Position numbers and translations under genes: made by a program. The notes below the pieces were generated by a model. It saw only the letters and a program-made list of their open reading frames with translations, did no database searches and had not been told where the DNA came from. A DNA stretch of 63,795 nucleotides, filler included, from Reticulomyxa filosa (taxonomy: Eukaryota; Protista; Foraminifera): the NCBI GenBank assembly GCA_000512085.1. It is 14 parts of 14 records of this genome, joined end to end, with 100 filler letters (N's around TTAATTAATTAA, not from the genome) between each part and the next. Parts side by side here need not be neighbours in the genome. Positions count along the whole stretch, not along the records: positions 1 to 20,189 come from ASPP01022667.1; 13 more parts are not named here. One strand, 5' to 3'. Shown one piece after another: positions 1 through 12,254 of the stretch (positions within the stretch are counted from its first letter, which is position 1; every line of letters begins with the position of its first letter).

Positions 1-51
1 TTGGAACTAAGTTCCTTTCGTATTGCATTTAGTCGTCTCAATATTCCTACA
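1..51 (-). mobile_element. Partial copy of the solo-LTR-like family, inverted relative to the other two copies and running off the window edge
   Basis: Reverse complement TGTAGGAATATTGAGACGACTAAATGCAATACGAAAGGAACTTAGTTCCAA aligns to the start of the 31913 copy (TGTGGGACTTGTGAGAAGATTAAGTGTAATACGAAAGGAACTTAGTTCCAA). Confidence 0.7.
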
Positions 52-469
52 AAGACTAAATAATAAAAGTTCTGAAATTTGGGTTTTTTTTAAAAGGATA
101 TTGAAACAAAAACTGTAAAATCGATTCCAGTTTTTGTGTAAGATGACTGTTGTGTTAGTTAAACTTTTCAAAAGTTTAAAAGAAACCAAGGTCAATTTCG
201 AACAAGGGATTAACTGCAACAGAAATTTCAATGCGATTATTGCGCTTTGAAGACTTCCCAAATTCTACAAATTTTTCTGAAGAATCAAACTTTCAACTAA
301 TAAAAAAACTGTATTAGATTAAACAAACATACATTTTCATCAGTTCCACATATGATGCAATATATGTGGAAGAAAATAAAAAGAGAAAAATTTAGTTCGT
401 TATATGAGTGTGACAGAAAACAAAACAAACGAAAGAAATCTTTACAAATTTTTGTTCAATTTTTCAATT

Positions 470-2680
470 GTAAAATCAGTTTTTAACATAAATTTCGTTA
501 TCAATAACTATAATAAAGTTATTTTATTCTTTAAAAAAATAAAAAATTATAAAAATCATAATTCATGTGATGATCCGGAGTATAATTAAAATTTAAAATT
601 GAGATTTTTTTTTTGAAAATATATATCCATAATTATTTCCTTTTTCAATTTTTTTATAATTGATAGTCTATATGAAAGAATTTTGTATTTTACTATTTTC
701 ATTTTACATTAGTAACAATTCTTTTTTAAAACAATTATTTTTTTTCATTTGTATGATGAACAACAGCAATCTGTTAAAGCCTTTTGTTTCCACAAAGATT
801 TAGACAACAATTTTTCAATACAAAAACATTTTTGTGATGTAAGTTTTTGATAATTTTTTTTGTGCGATAACAAAGAAGTGTTTGCAATATTAATCGATGC
901 GAATGCCAATCACACATTTTGTAATTGTATTTCTCTTTGTTTTGTTATCAAAACACTTTGTTTAGTTTTTTTGTCAATGCATATGATTTTTGAGATTGGT
1001 GTCAAATTTATCTCAAGTATTGCTCGACAGTCAGTATCAAACATACATATGCAGTCTTGCTTTGTTATTAGTTTGGAATCACGAAAAATATAAATGTATA
1101 TTGCCAACTTCTTTACAATCTGCCAGACCCACAACAATTGCTTTTGGTAATGATAAGCAAGTTACATAGATTGAGAAAATGAAGTATATAACTGTTGTGT
1201 GCAGGACCGTAGTAACAGACAAACGTGTTCAATGCACAGAGTTGCTTTTGATTTTCTGTCACTTTATTTTGCAGTTCTTCTTCAACAGAAGTACAATAAA
1301 GCAATGAGGTCTCATACACGAGCAATTTGTTCAAATTGAGTTTTTTTTGACATGAACTAAGACACGAGACAAAACGTACAAATCATTTTAGTTTTAAAAA
1401 TTAAAAATTTTTCATTTCGTAAATATAACATTTCCAAATTGTAAATTTTTCAAAATTTTTCGCGAAATTAGAATTGAAAAATGTAGTTTAAATCTTATCA
1501 GTTGCAATGTTTATATTCTTTAAAAATAATTTTTTATAAGAAGTTTGATGCATGTGATAGAAGTCTGATATATAAATACAATTTTAAAATATGATTTTAA
1601 GTATAAAAATACGTCTAATTATTGCCCAAGTCAATAGCATTTCATTAATATATATATTTTTCATATTAATCGTAATGAACATACTACACAAAAAAGGTTT
1701 TACATATATTACATTTTAATTTTGTATTTATCACAATTCTTTTAAAATACTTTGTGATTTCTAATTTTGTATCATATTTTACATGACAGATAATAGCACA
1801 ACGATAGATCATTTATAATAAATTGGCGAAATTATTGCAAAACAAACAAATAATATAACTTCAAAACTTGTGACAAATATGCGCTTACGTTAAGTTCTGA
1901 CATAATTATTGTCAAAAATAATTTAAAGTATTAATAAAAGAAAAAGTTACTTAAATGATAGATTAATGAATGATTGTAATACAAAGATTTATCATCAGAT
2001 TGTACGATCATTTTTTGAATGAAAGAGATGATAAATACTGAATTTTTGATTTTGAATCATCGTATTCATTATATCAACTTTCTTTACATTATATTGGCAA
2101 AGTCTAACAATATCAATTGTGTGAAATTATCATTTTCTTTATTGTATTCATCATCTTTGTTGTATCATTTTTTTTTATAATTCTATTCAATATTAAAGCT
2201 TCGAAATGCTAACAACATCATTCAAATTCTGAGTATAACATACTCATGACCAATAAATAGCAGCAAATTATCATTTGAATATGCTTGAAAATAATGAAAG
2301 AGTTTAACAAATTATCAATACTTATTTGATTTTTGAATTGATGAAAAAAATCAGAAAATATTTTATTTGCATATCTATTTAAGCACAATGCTTAGTGCAC
2401 AACCAAAGTAATTCTTTTTCAATTTTTAACATAAATTTCATTAGCAATACTGATAAATTATATTTGTTAAAAAAAATTATTATAAGAAGTGTCATAAATG
2501 TGACAAAAACCGTACATATAAATACAAATTTAAAGTCTAGTTTGCGACATAAACATACAACTAAGTGTTGCCCAAGTCAATGGCATTCTATTTACATATA
2601 TTTTTTTTTTCACATTTATCACAATGGACAGTCAACAGAAAAATAACAATAATTTATATTATTTGAATTTTAAATTAATT
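470..2680. repeat. Three diverged direct-repeat copies at about 1-kb spacing (~470-600, ~1490-1730, ~2410-2680)
   Basis: TTTTTAACATAAATTTC is shared by copies 1 and 3. TATAAGAAGT...ATGTGA...ATATAAATACA...TTGCCCAAGTCAAT(A/G)GCATT is shared by copies 2 and 3. Confidence 0.6.
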
Positions 2681-3384
2681 AAACTTTTTTTTAGATTTGT
2701 ATGTCATAATAATATTTCTCTTAGAATCATTCTTGAAACTATTTGTATGAATAAGAAAATGTAAATATCAAATTTCAATGAAAAATATGAAGAAAACACT
2801 TTGTAATTTTTCTTTTCCATTTATCATTTATTATTGAAGGAAAAAAAAACATTTATTTGTTGTTATATATTAATAATTTGTATTTCATAAAAATCAAATC
2901 CAAGCTGCTAGTAAAGTGTGCTAGAAATGATTTGAAAACGTTTTTTTTTGGATAATTGATGGACTTGTGTGTATGTGTGATTGTTAATACGAAGAGCTTT
3001 TAGTTTCTTGATCAATAAAGGGTTTCATATCAGCAAGAAACTTCTTTGTACATAATCATTGTTTTGAAAGATTAGATTCCTTGAAATCAATGCTCTTTCA
3101 AATTTTGAAATATGATATTGTAAATGAAGCACTATCTGACCAAGGTTCTACCATTGATATTTAATACATATATAATATGTTTTGTTGATTTGGAATCAGA
3201 ACAAATATATAAACAAAATATTTCAAATTTGTACAACATGACAAATTTCAGAAGTTGAAAACAAAAATTAGCAGCATCACTCTCTGTCAGATCAATAACA
3301 AGAAACTTCCTCTCACTATTGAAAATCAGGTTTCAAATATTTTATGACATGATAATTGATCATTCACGATTTTTTGAAAGGATT

Positions 3385-3640
3385 TGTGGGAGTATGCTGC
3401 CGATGAAATATTACACTAAATGTAATACGAAAGGTTAACTAGCTCTTTTGAGCAAGTATCAACGAAAAAGATTAAATAAAGAAAAGGAAAACAAATGTGT
3501 GGAAATCAGTACACCGAAACACCAGATTAAAACGAGACAAGAAAACACTGGTGAGTGAAAAGTGTTAGGAAAAGTTTAACCCACAGGGAGCTCATCAGCC
3601 CCTTTAACGGTTTTACCTATATAGTAGAGCTTCTCCTACA
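3385..3640. mobile_element. Solo-LTR-like element, 256 bp, TG...CA ends, 4-bp TSD GATT
   Basis: Begins TGTGGGAG and ends CTCCTACA (8-bp inverted termini, 1 mismatch). Flanked by GATT at 3381-3384 and 3641-3644. Internal blocks TGTAATACGAAAGG and TTTAACCCAC are shared with the 31913 copy. Confidence 0.75.
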
Positions 3641-4725
3641 GATTGCTTTGAATATATGAAATTTTGCTGTTATAATAGCTTAATCCTTTTTACAAACACA
3701 ATATCATGTATTAAAAAAAGTAGAATTAAAGCCTGAAGTTTTCTAAATAATCTGAAAAGCTAATAAGTAACACAATTGAAAAAAAACGAATGATGACGAT
3801 TTTTGAGCAAATATCTCTTCACATGCATATTGAATAAAGTTAATCTTTTTTGATGTCTTATTTGTTTGACAAATGATCCTGGCTGTTCTTGAAGATATAT
3901 AAAAGAGTTGACAAGTCACCACTACTTATTTGATTTTTGTGTAAACGTGCACCAAAAGCAAAATAATTTTAAAAATTTTATTTCTATCTTTAAACAATTC
4001 AAAAAACAGCGCCGTAGGCTTTGCGACAGAATTTATGTTTGACCATGTCAAAAAAGTTCAGATTATTATCGTTTTAATGTGTTTTGAGTTTGGAATTGGA
4101 CTTCAGATATTTATGTTCCGGTGTCGAATATATTCCACTTCTTTGATTGATCAGCCTTCAGTTTTCATTTTGCGACGAGGTTTCGCAGCTAGTGACACTT
4201 CTGAGTTTCTTATTTTGTATTGTATTTTCTGCTTTTGCCCAGTCCTATGACAAACGAAATGAGCAAATAAATGTGTTTCGGGGATGGGAAGGAAGAGAAA
4301 AGAAAGCAAAAGGAAGTCACAAAAAAACTCAATAATTGCATTTGAATACTTCTTTTGCCATCCTCGTGCATTATTTCTGCATGATCAATTGTCTTTGCAT
4401 GCAAATGAAACAAATCGGCATGCTAATATCAAATTCGTGCCAGTTCTTCAAAAGAGAAGACAGGAAGGACGTCCCCACATTTCGTTAAACGCATCTAAGC
4501 CGATGATTTCAGAGCCTCAAAATTCTTTACTTCTGCGTGTTAATATTTTTTTAAAAAAAGAGGAAATTTCTGACCTTTTTGAGACAAAGAGAGAGAATAA
4601 AAAAAATAATTTTTTTTTGAGACAGGCAGGCAGCTTTGTGATAAGGACGTCGTGCAAGATTGCTTACTGCTCACTACCATATATAGTGTGGAGCTTACTG
4701 AGCAAATATCAAACTCTGAGTTTAA

Positions 4726-5739
4726 TGGAATATGAGATTACATTACAATACAATTATAAATATTATCCACGTCAAACAGCGGAAATTGTACAGTCCTTGT
4801 TGGCATATCGAGAACACAATACGGACGACATTGCAATGTCTCCCACATTTTGGATATCGTGGTGTGAAGCAGCATTGAGACTGTCAACAACGCACGCCCA
4901 TTGGCTTGATTTCCAACAATTAATTTCGCAAGAGATACAACTGGCATTGATGAAGTACAATATTCAGGTTTCAATTCCAAAGCAGGAAATCAAACGTCTC
5001 CGCAAAAACAATGTCAATAGTGACAACAACAGAAACAACGATTATAATGAAGCAAAGTCACAATATTTATTTTTTGAAATGTATCAAAATGGACAATTGC
5101 CTTTGGATGCTAGAAAAGAGATTCACCGACGCTTAGCATGGTCCGCTATTTTGCCTTGTTGGATTATTCAACGCCATTTTCTCCTTATTGCTCAAAATGC
5201 GTTATTCATTGCTGACTCAGTTCAATTTACAATTATGCTATAATACATCATTCTCACTTTAATGTATATATTGCATGTGTATTCATCATACATATTTACA
5301 TTACCTCCTTTTTGAAAAATATGCACTTGTGTAAGATATCATATAAATCTTTTTTTTGCATTTGTTTTTCAATTTTATCTTATAGTCCAAATGGCTGAAT
5401 GATGTTACATTATTAATAACACTTATTTCTGCGTTTCAACAAGAACTCCAACAAAAAAAAGGCATGATCCCTCCAATGTTTATAAAAATGACGTTTTATT
5501 TATTAAGTGTTTTGTATCATGATCTTGGAAGGCGAAATGATGCAATTGAATTGATGAACAAATTCATCCAGCTGGACGGTATTTTGACATTACAGGCTAT
5601 TTCTCCACAAAACCTACACAAATACATGTCCCCCTCACGTTTTCAATTCTCTTTTGCTCAGACTCCTGATGAAATATTTTGTCGTTCTACTAGTCGCCAG
5701 TCTCTTGCATCTAATAACGCTTTGAAGACCCTCGTTTGA
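4726..5739 (+). CDS. Hypothetical helical protein, 2 exons (probable intron 5220-5385)
   Basis: Frame MEYEITLQYNYKYYPRQ...FIADS joins in phase 0 (TCA|GTTCAA...TATAG|TCC) to SKWLNDVTLL...LKTLV*. No family recognised; start uncertain. Confidence 0.45.
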
Positions 5740-6296
5740 TGTCATAACCTCAAAAGATAACCATGCCTGATACATTGAATAGAATTGCCTTTGTCGGTTC
5801 AGCAACAAGAAAAATCGAACGGGAAAAAGAAAACAGCAAATGAGTTTAACTTTATTGTTTTTGCCAATAAGCTCTAATGTACAACACTCAAATAAACGAA
5901 AATCAATCCAACTATTTCAAATAAGAAGTTACACAAATATTGCTTTTATATCATTTTTCAACAATGATAACAGCATCTCCAAAAAGTGCAATAGTTGTGA
6001 AAATTAGATACAACTTATTTTCTTTAAATATGTTTTGTTAGAAGGAAACTTGGGTACATTTTTTCCACATGAGCATTCAAAAACCAAAAGGTCACTGGTC
6101 TAACATTAAAAAAATTTATGGTTGGGCAATACTTATATTTATTGCACAAAATACAACAAAACAAAAATGTTAATTGAAATAAACAGCGGCCCGATCAAAG
6201 CTATAAAGAAAAAGGATTAAAAAAAGAGCATTTTTAAAAAAGTACAAAATGAGAGGAGTGAACAAATCTTTCAAAAATGTTCAGATCTGAAATTAG

Positions 6297-8520
6297 TCAA
6301 TTGGACTTATCGCATTCAAGCACAGAGGATGTGGAATGAGACAATTGCATTTGTAAAGCCTGGATTTCAATATCACTCGGCCACTCAAATCGGTTTTCAC
6401 GATCCCATTGATTCCAATGAATGAGATGATGAAAATACTCAAATGACTGCAGAAAATCGTACAAAGTGCGTCGAAAATAACTACGCACTGTGTTCTCAAT
6501 ATCATTAAACATGTCTTGTGATATTGTATCATTTTCTAACAAACGTGCTATTTCAGTTACTTGCTCTCTGCGAATTAAAAAAACAACACAAAGTTGTTTT
6601 TTGTGTTGATGTTGAAGAGAGAATGTTTATGGAAAACAATAAAAAGGTAACTTTCGAATTTCGCTCAGCTCAAGATTTGTTCCTTTTTTGATATATTTTC
6701 TATACAGTTCTTCTGCTAGTTGTTTTCTTCTTTCTGGAATTCTGTCTTTCCAAGTTGTATGGAAATTGTACCAATCATGCCAAAAATACCAAAATTCATC
6801 GCAGTGTCTCAATTGCTATGAAAATGTACGTTACATGTGCGTAATGTTTCATTGGCCAGCACACAAATAGAAACAAAGCAAACAAGATAACAAGCATTAC
6901 CAAATATTTTAAGTGTGCTAAGGAGCAGCGATTGAATAAATATATAGACAATGAAAAGTCAAGCGTCCATATTGATTTATCGACATTTTTTTGACCATGT
7001 GTATCCAAATAAATCAAGCCAATTAAGCAAACAAACACAACAAATCTTTTCTTATAGAGTATCTTATCTGTGTTGTTTTCTTGCTACGCCCGCTCTTGGG
7101 CTGATGTAACGAAAGAGAAGTAGAAGAGAAGGAGGGGGGGGGGAAAAAAAAGAAAACCTTCTGAAAGATCACGGTCCAACAAAATATCTTCTAATTCGCA
7201 ATGTGTTTCCATTCGCTTTTCATCTTCATCTGCCTAAACATATGCAAAACTGTATATGTTATTCGTTTTTTGTTTTTTTTTGTATTGTTTGTTTATAATA
7301 TACCCTCCCTTTTTTTTGTGTTGTCCCTAACATGGCGTTTTTCATTTATTGCAATTAAGCAATCTAGATCTTCCACGATTTTCGTTGTCTCGTCTTCTCG
7401 TTTGAGTGCACTGCACATATGCAAGGAGTAGATTTTTTTTGGGAGAAAGAGTGTAGTATTGTATGTGTATACATACATGTATATGCATATATTAATAAAG
7501 AAAGAAAAGAAAAATCAAAACTTGACCCATTTGTCCAAGGTGTCATAATCATCCGTCCGCAAGGCATAGACTTTAGTGGGAGTAAAAATGTCAAAATACC
7601 ACCACTCTTTGGTTTCTGACAAAGAAGTCTGAGAGTGTTTGCGAGGAGAAGGTGACTTTTCCCAGAGCACTTTTACAATTGCCGAAGGATTTTGTAACAG
7701 AATGCACTGCACATCTTTTGAATTGGATTTATAGTCTTCGCGACACTTTTTTTTTTTTTTACTTAAAAAAAAAAAAAAAAAAAAGAGGAGGGAAAGGAGG
7801 TTTATTACTAACTACGCAACTTTGTAACAAAGTAGTTTGTCATCAATGAGCACAAAGTAACGACGTTGCCAACGTTGATAAATTTTTTGCTTTGTTTCTA
7901 AATACCCTGATGGATATTCTTCTTCGTTGTCTTCTTCTTTTGGTTTCATTGGCTAATGTTACGCATAGTTCCCGTCCCATTCCATCCAAACAATAAAAAA
8001 CAAACAAACAAAAAATAACAATAACAAGAATGATAAATCAATGTTATTGTTATAAATTGATTCAACTCGATCACCAAAAAAAGTCTGTTCATCCAATCTC
8101 GTTTTGTTAGTATCTGCTTCGTTGGATGCTTTTCGAAACACAAAGCGATATCTACTTACTTGACCTGATGTAGCAACTTTGTTTTGGTAATAGGTTGGAG
8201 ATGCGCTTGGATTTAGTATTATCTCTCCACCTTTTGCTACGTCTTTTTTTGTTGGTTCCGCATATTTATATATCATTAGCAACAACAATAACGATTAACA
8301 ACTCTCTCTCACAGGCAAACACCACAAAACTTTCTTTTGACGAATTGCTCGTATCTGTTATTACTAATTGGTAATTTTGATGGTTCACATTTCTTTTCTT
8401 TGCAACAGCGCGCAACACGTCTTCAACTGTCCATTCTGGTCGTATCCATAACATTGTGTGAGGGTCGTCACATTGAACGTTTTCTTTGTTTTCTTCAATA
8501 TACACTATTAAATATGAACC
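6297..8520 (-). CDS. Multi-exon signalling protein: ubiquitin-like/RA-like domain + PH domain + RGS domain
   Basis: Spliced by hand. RA-like: GSYLIVYIEE...HTMLWIRPEWTVEDVLRAVAKKRN. PH: SGYLETKQKIYQRWQRRYFVLIDDKLLCYK...YFDIFTPTKVYALRTDDYDTLDKW. RGS: LEDILLDRDLSEAHLKYLQLRHCDEFWYFW...AEELYRKYIKKG...DMFNDIENTV...LYDFLQSFEY. 5' end uncertain. Confidence 0.75.
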
Positions 8521-9419
8521 CTGTGTTTTTTATTTTGCCAAATATCCTTGTAGAGTGAATAATATATGCAGGAAAAAAATTAATCTAAACTCTTGCTTGC
8601 TGCATTGATTGACAAAAAAAAGGTTATTTGGTTTAAACTAAACTTTTTACCAGCAAAACCGGTCCAATTTCGGCATTGCTTTCTTTTTAAGCACAAGCTT
8701 TTTAGTTTTGGTTTTTATCTTAAATGCAAAATCTAAGTCTATTCTAAACAACTTCTTCCTTTTTACTACAACTCAATTGGAGAGCAAACGTAACTTGATT
8801 AAGCAATCTTTTTTCTTGTATTGGCAATTTTTTAGTTGTATTTGCATCAGGTCACCATTTATGAATACACATACATTCCTGACAGTGAGAAAATAATCGA
8901 TAAAAACAACACTGCATTTGGTTGAATTTGAACTTTGCACGCTTGCAAAACCTAGCAAGTGGCATATGACATGAACACAGAAACAAAAACAATAGTAAAA
9001 AAAGAAAAAAAGAAAAAGGAAAAAAAAAAAACAAAATAAAAAGAATCAAATAAAAAGAAAACAGAAAAACGCTAATGGACTAGCTTTTGTAATGCAAAAG
9101 AAAATCCGTAATATGAATCTTTCTTTTTACAAGCAAAAAAGAAGCACACTCAAATTTTTCTTGTACTTGCAATCTACGACTTATCTTTTTTTTATCCATG
9201 CCAACAAATTAAAAAACAAAAAGTAAAAAACACTATTTGGTTCATTTAGTTATTATATTTATTATTTACTTCTCTTTTTTTTACTGGTGTTTTAATTTGT
9301 TTGCAAATACAACTCTTATGAGAAAAATCGTTTTCTGAGTAACAAACAAACAAAAATCGAAATAATGAAAACAATTAAAAAAAAAAGACATGACAATGTA
9401 CAGTTTGCAAAGACGACTT

Positions 9420-11683
9420 CTAAAGGAACACGCTACCTAGTCGTTGATGGAACAACATGCAAAGGATCTGGCCCGCTGCAATCGATGGAATCACTGAAAG
9501 AGGGGAAAAAAGGTATGGCTGAGAATTGGCTGGAAGTGCAATTAAGGAAGTATTATTAGAGGGTATTATCGTAAAATACGGAGACGGCCAACACGTGTTG
9601 TTGAGGAACTTGAAAGATAGAAAAGCTGGAAGCAGATTTGCTGCCTTTTCCAACAATGTGCTATTTTGGAGACCAGGGTTACGGAACCAGTTAAATCCCT
9701 TTATTTTTTATTTTTTTTTGTGCTTAATCTTAACTTTTTCTTTTTTTTTTTTTACGTATAATTAAACTTTTAGATCCGCTTGGCATGGTGCCGTGGCAAT
9801 AAATGATTTTCCAGTTTCTTGCTCTTTGTTCGATTCACTCCAATTCACGTCTTTTTTTTAAAATGTATCATTATTTTGCGCAAAAAAAAAAAAAAAGTGA
9901 GTTTTCAAAAATTGGAGGGATAGACCCTATGCGTTTTTCACCAAACTTTCAAAGGGAAGTGACAAGGATTGCGTTACGTAATTGGGATATGTGCAGACAC
10001 TGGAGGGCCAATTCACGTGACCTTGAACAGGGATGACTGAGGTATGTGAAAGCGAAGACAAAGCCGGAAAGACAACTGGAACTGAAACTGACGTTGAAGC
10101 CGAAAGTGGTACAGATATTGAAGCAGAATGTGGAGTCAGAGTTGACACCGGAGCAATCGAAGCCAAATTACAGCCTGTATGGTGTTGCCAAGCAGCTGCC
10201 AGAGTGGATGGAGAACATAGCTGTGGCTGAGTTTGTCGTGCGTTAGAGTAGTGGAAGTTAGCGGTATCAGGTACGAAACGTTGTCTATTTCGTCCCAAAT
10301 CATTCGACACGTGAATTGCTTCCTGCTTTCGAGCGGAGTACACTGGAGAGACGCCACTGTTATGTTTCACACGAGATTCAGCAGAGTGAAAACATGTTTG
10401 TCTTTGAGATGATTGCGCTGACATCTTAGCTTTCAGAACAGACAATCTTTTTTGCTGCTTTTTAAAGTCATATTGATGCATCACACGAATACCTTTATCC
10501 CAGTTCATCTGTCCATGGACGCATCTTGTAGCTTGACTCTTAAAAATTATTTAATTTTTTAGTATGCGTAAGCAAAAATTAAAGTATTGAAGTACACAGT
10601 TATTTATTGAAAACGAGCAATTATGTACGTGTATATTATATATATATATATATATATGTTTTCAATAGCAGCTCTAAAAAGGACAAACCTGGGACGAAAA
10701 AACGATGAAAGCAAATCTCCGATTAGTACTTTTGATCGTATTGTTGCTTGTGTGTTGAAATGAGGAAAGATATGCATTCTCATGATTCCTCATATTCACA
10801 CAATATGGAACATTGGTAATCTCGCCATCACGATTGACGTGATACGTCGGACTACTCTCGCCTGCGTTTTCTTTTACTGTCTTTTCAGCAAAGGAGAAAG
10901 GAGAAGAAAGGGAAGGGAGATGATTCTTTCTCTTATTCACTTTTGGCACAAAAAGCTCTTCCATAATCATGTAGGCTGTATCTTGATCAGGGGATTGCAA
11001 GCATTCATTTTCGTTTTCATTTCCTGATAAACATTTGCTCGTTGTTGGCTCTGACATATTTAAACGTACTTCTTTTACTTCTCCGTAAGGTTTACACATT
11101 TCCTTAATTTCTTCAATAGTTATCATTGGCGATAGCCCGCATACAAATACTGTTCGTCGAAGATTTTTATGTTGCTTTGGTTTGGGTGGCTTGAAATCTG
11201 GCCTTTTCACTTTGTTTTTGTCCTTGCTCAAAATTACTTCCTTTGATCTTTCAATTGCCTCCAATACGTATGCTTCATTTGTGGTCAATTCCTTGATTTT
11301 GGCTAATTTAGCCACTATTTCCAATGGGACCCAATACTCTGGATCTTTGTGCATTTGTGACAACAAGTAGTTGTCCATCTCCAGATTCTTGTCACTGAAA
11401 TGAAATTCTACTTGGAATTTAATCTTTTCACACATTTTATTTTTATTTTTATTTTTTTTTTGTCCCTTTGTGTCATAAAGTGTGTATAGTGCTCTTTGAG
11501 CAGAGACGTATATCTTACTCGCTCAATAAGGTTTTCATGATCCTTTCGGGGTAACAATAGGCTATTGCAATTACTTAGCTCATTCACTTTTTCTTGCACT
11601 TTCGCTTCACCTTCACTTGCAACCGATTGAAATTCACCATTTTTTTGCTCGCTGCTTCCATTTAGAATTGTACTTTGATCCAT
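9420..11683 (-). CDS. La-related protein, LARP6-like (La motif + RRM with long loop 3 + probable LSA/SUZ-C-like motif)
   Basis: La motif IKFQVEFHFSDKNLEMDNYLL...WVPLEIVAKLAKIKELT. RRM RRTVFVCGL...FAFIVFSSQSQA...NWDKGIRV. First intron 11518-11424. The 3' exons (ATAPCQADLK|GFNWFR) are inferred with lower certainty. Confidence 0.8.
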
Positions 11684-12254
11684 TTCTTTTCACTTTCTCC
11701 TTGCGCACTTTTTTACCCAAACTATTCGCACTGAAAAGAAAAACACAACAGGACAGACATAAGTTTGTCTTTTTTTTGGCTGTGCTAAAAATGTAGCCCA
11801 ACAAAAAAACAAAGAATAATACAAAATTAACAATATACTTGACAAACCTTTCGTATTTTTCCTTTTTGCTTCTTAAGGACAACCCAACAGGAATTGATAT
11901 GATACGGTGAACTGCGACCCTCTTTTTTTAAAGTCCGCTTAGACAATTGCTAGGACGTAAACCAGACTTGGGTCCCAATTTACAGTGCTGCAGAAGCCTT
12001 TGTTTATTGTTGTCATATTTTGGCATGTAATTTTTCCAAAGCCACTACTTGATTATCATGTACTTTAATATGTCGGATTCTTGATACTTTTTCGAGATAT
12101 ATGCTTAGAGCTTGAACAGCTCAGCAGCAAAGAATTTTCAAAAAAACACGCTAGGTTTTTTGTACACTGTCGCACTCTGTTTGAAAGGAGAAACTGAATT
12201 TGCGGTCGTTTAGCTTGAAATATTTTGTGTTAGTTGTTTGGCTTAGTTGAAAAA

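Noticed and set aside
344-371. Perfect 10-bp hairpin TTCCACATAT/ATATGTGGAA as a terminator or Helitron end
   Set aside because: Eukaryotic context, no downstream CTRR, single occurrence; compatible with chance.
9440-9680. Plus-strand frame with an in-frame TGA (KRYG*ELAGSAIK) as a selenoprotein
   Set aside because: No redox motif or start context, additional upstream stops, and the region is better explained as the antisense of the last LARP6-like exon.
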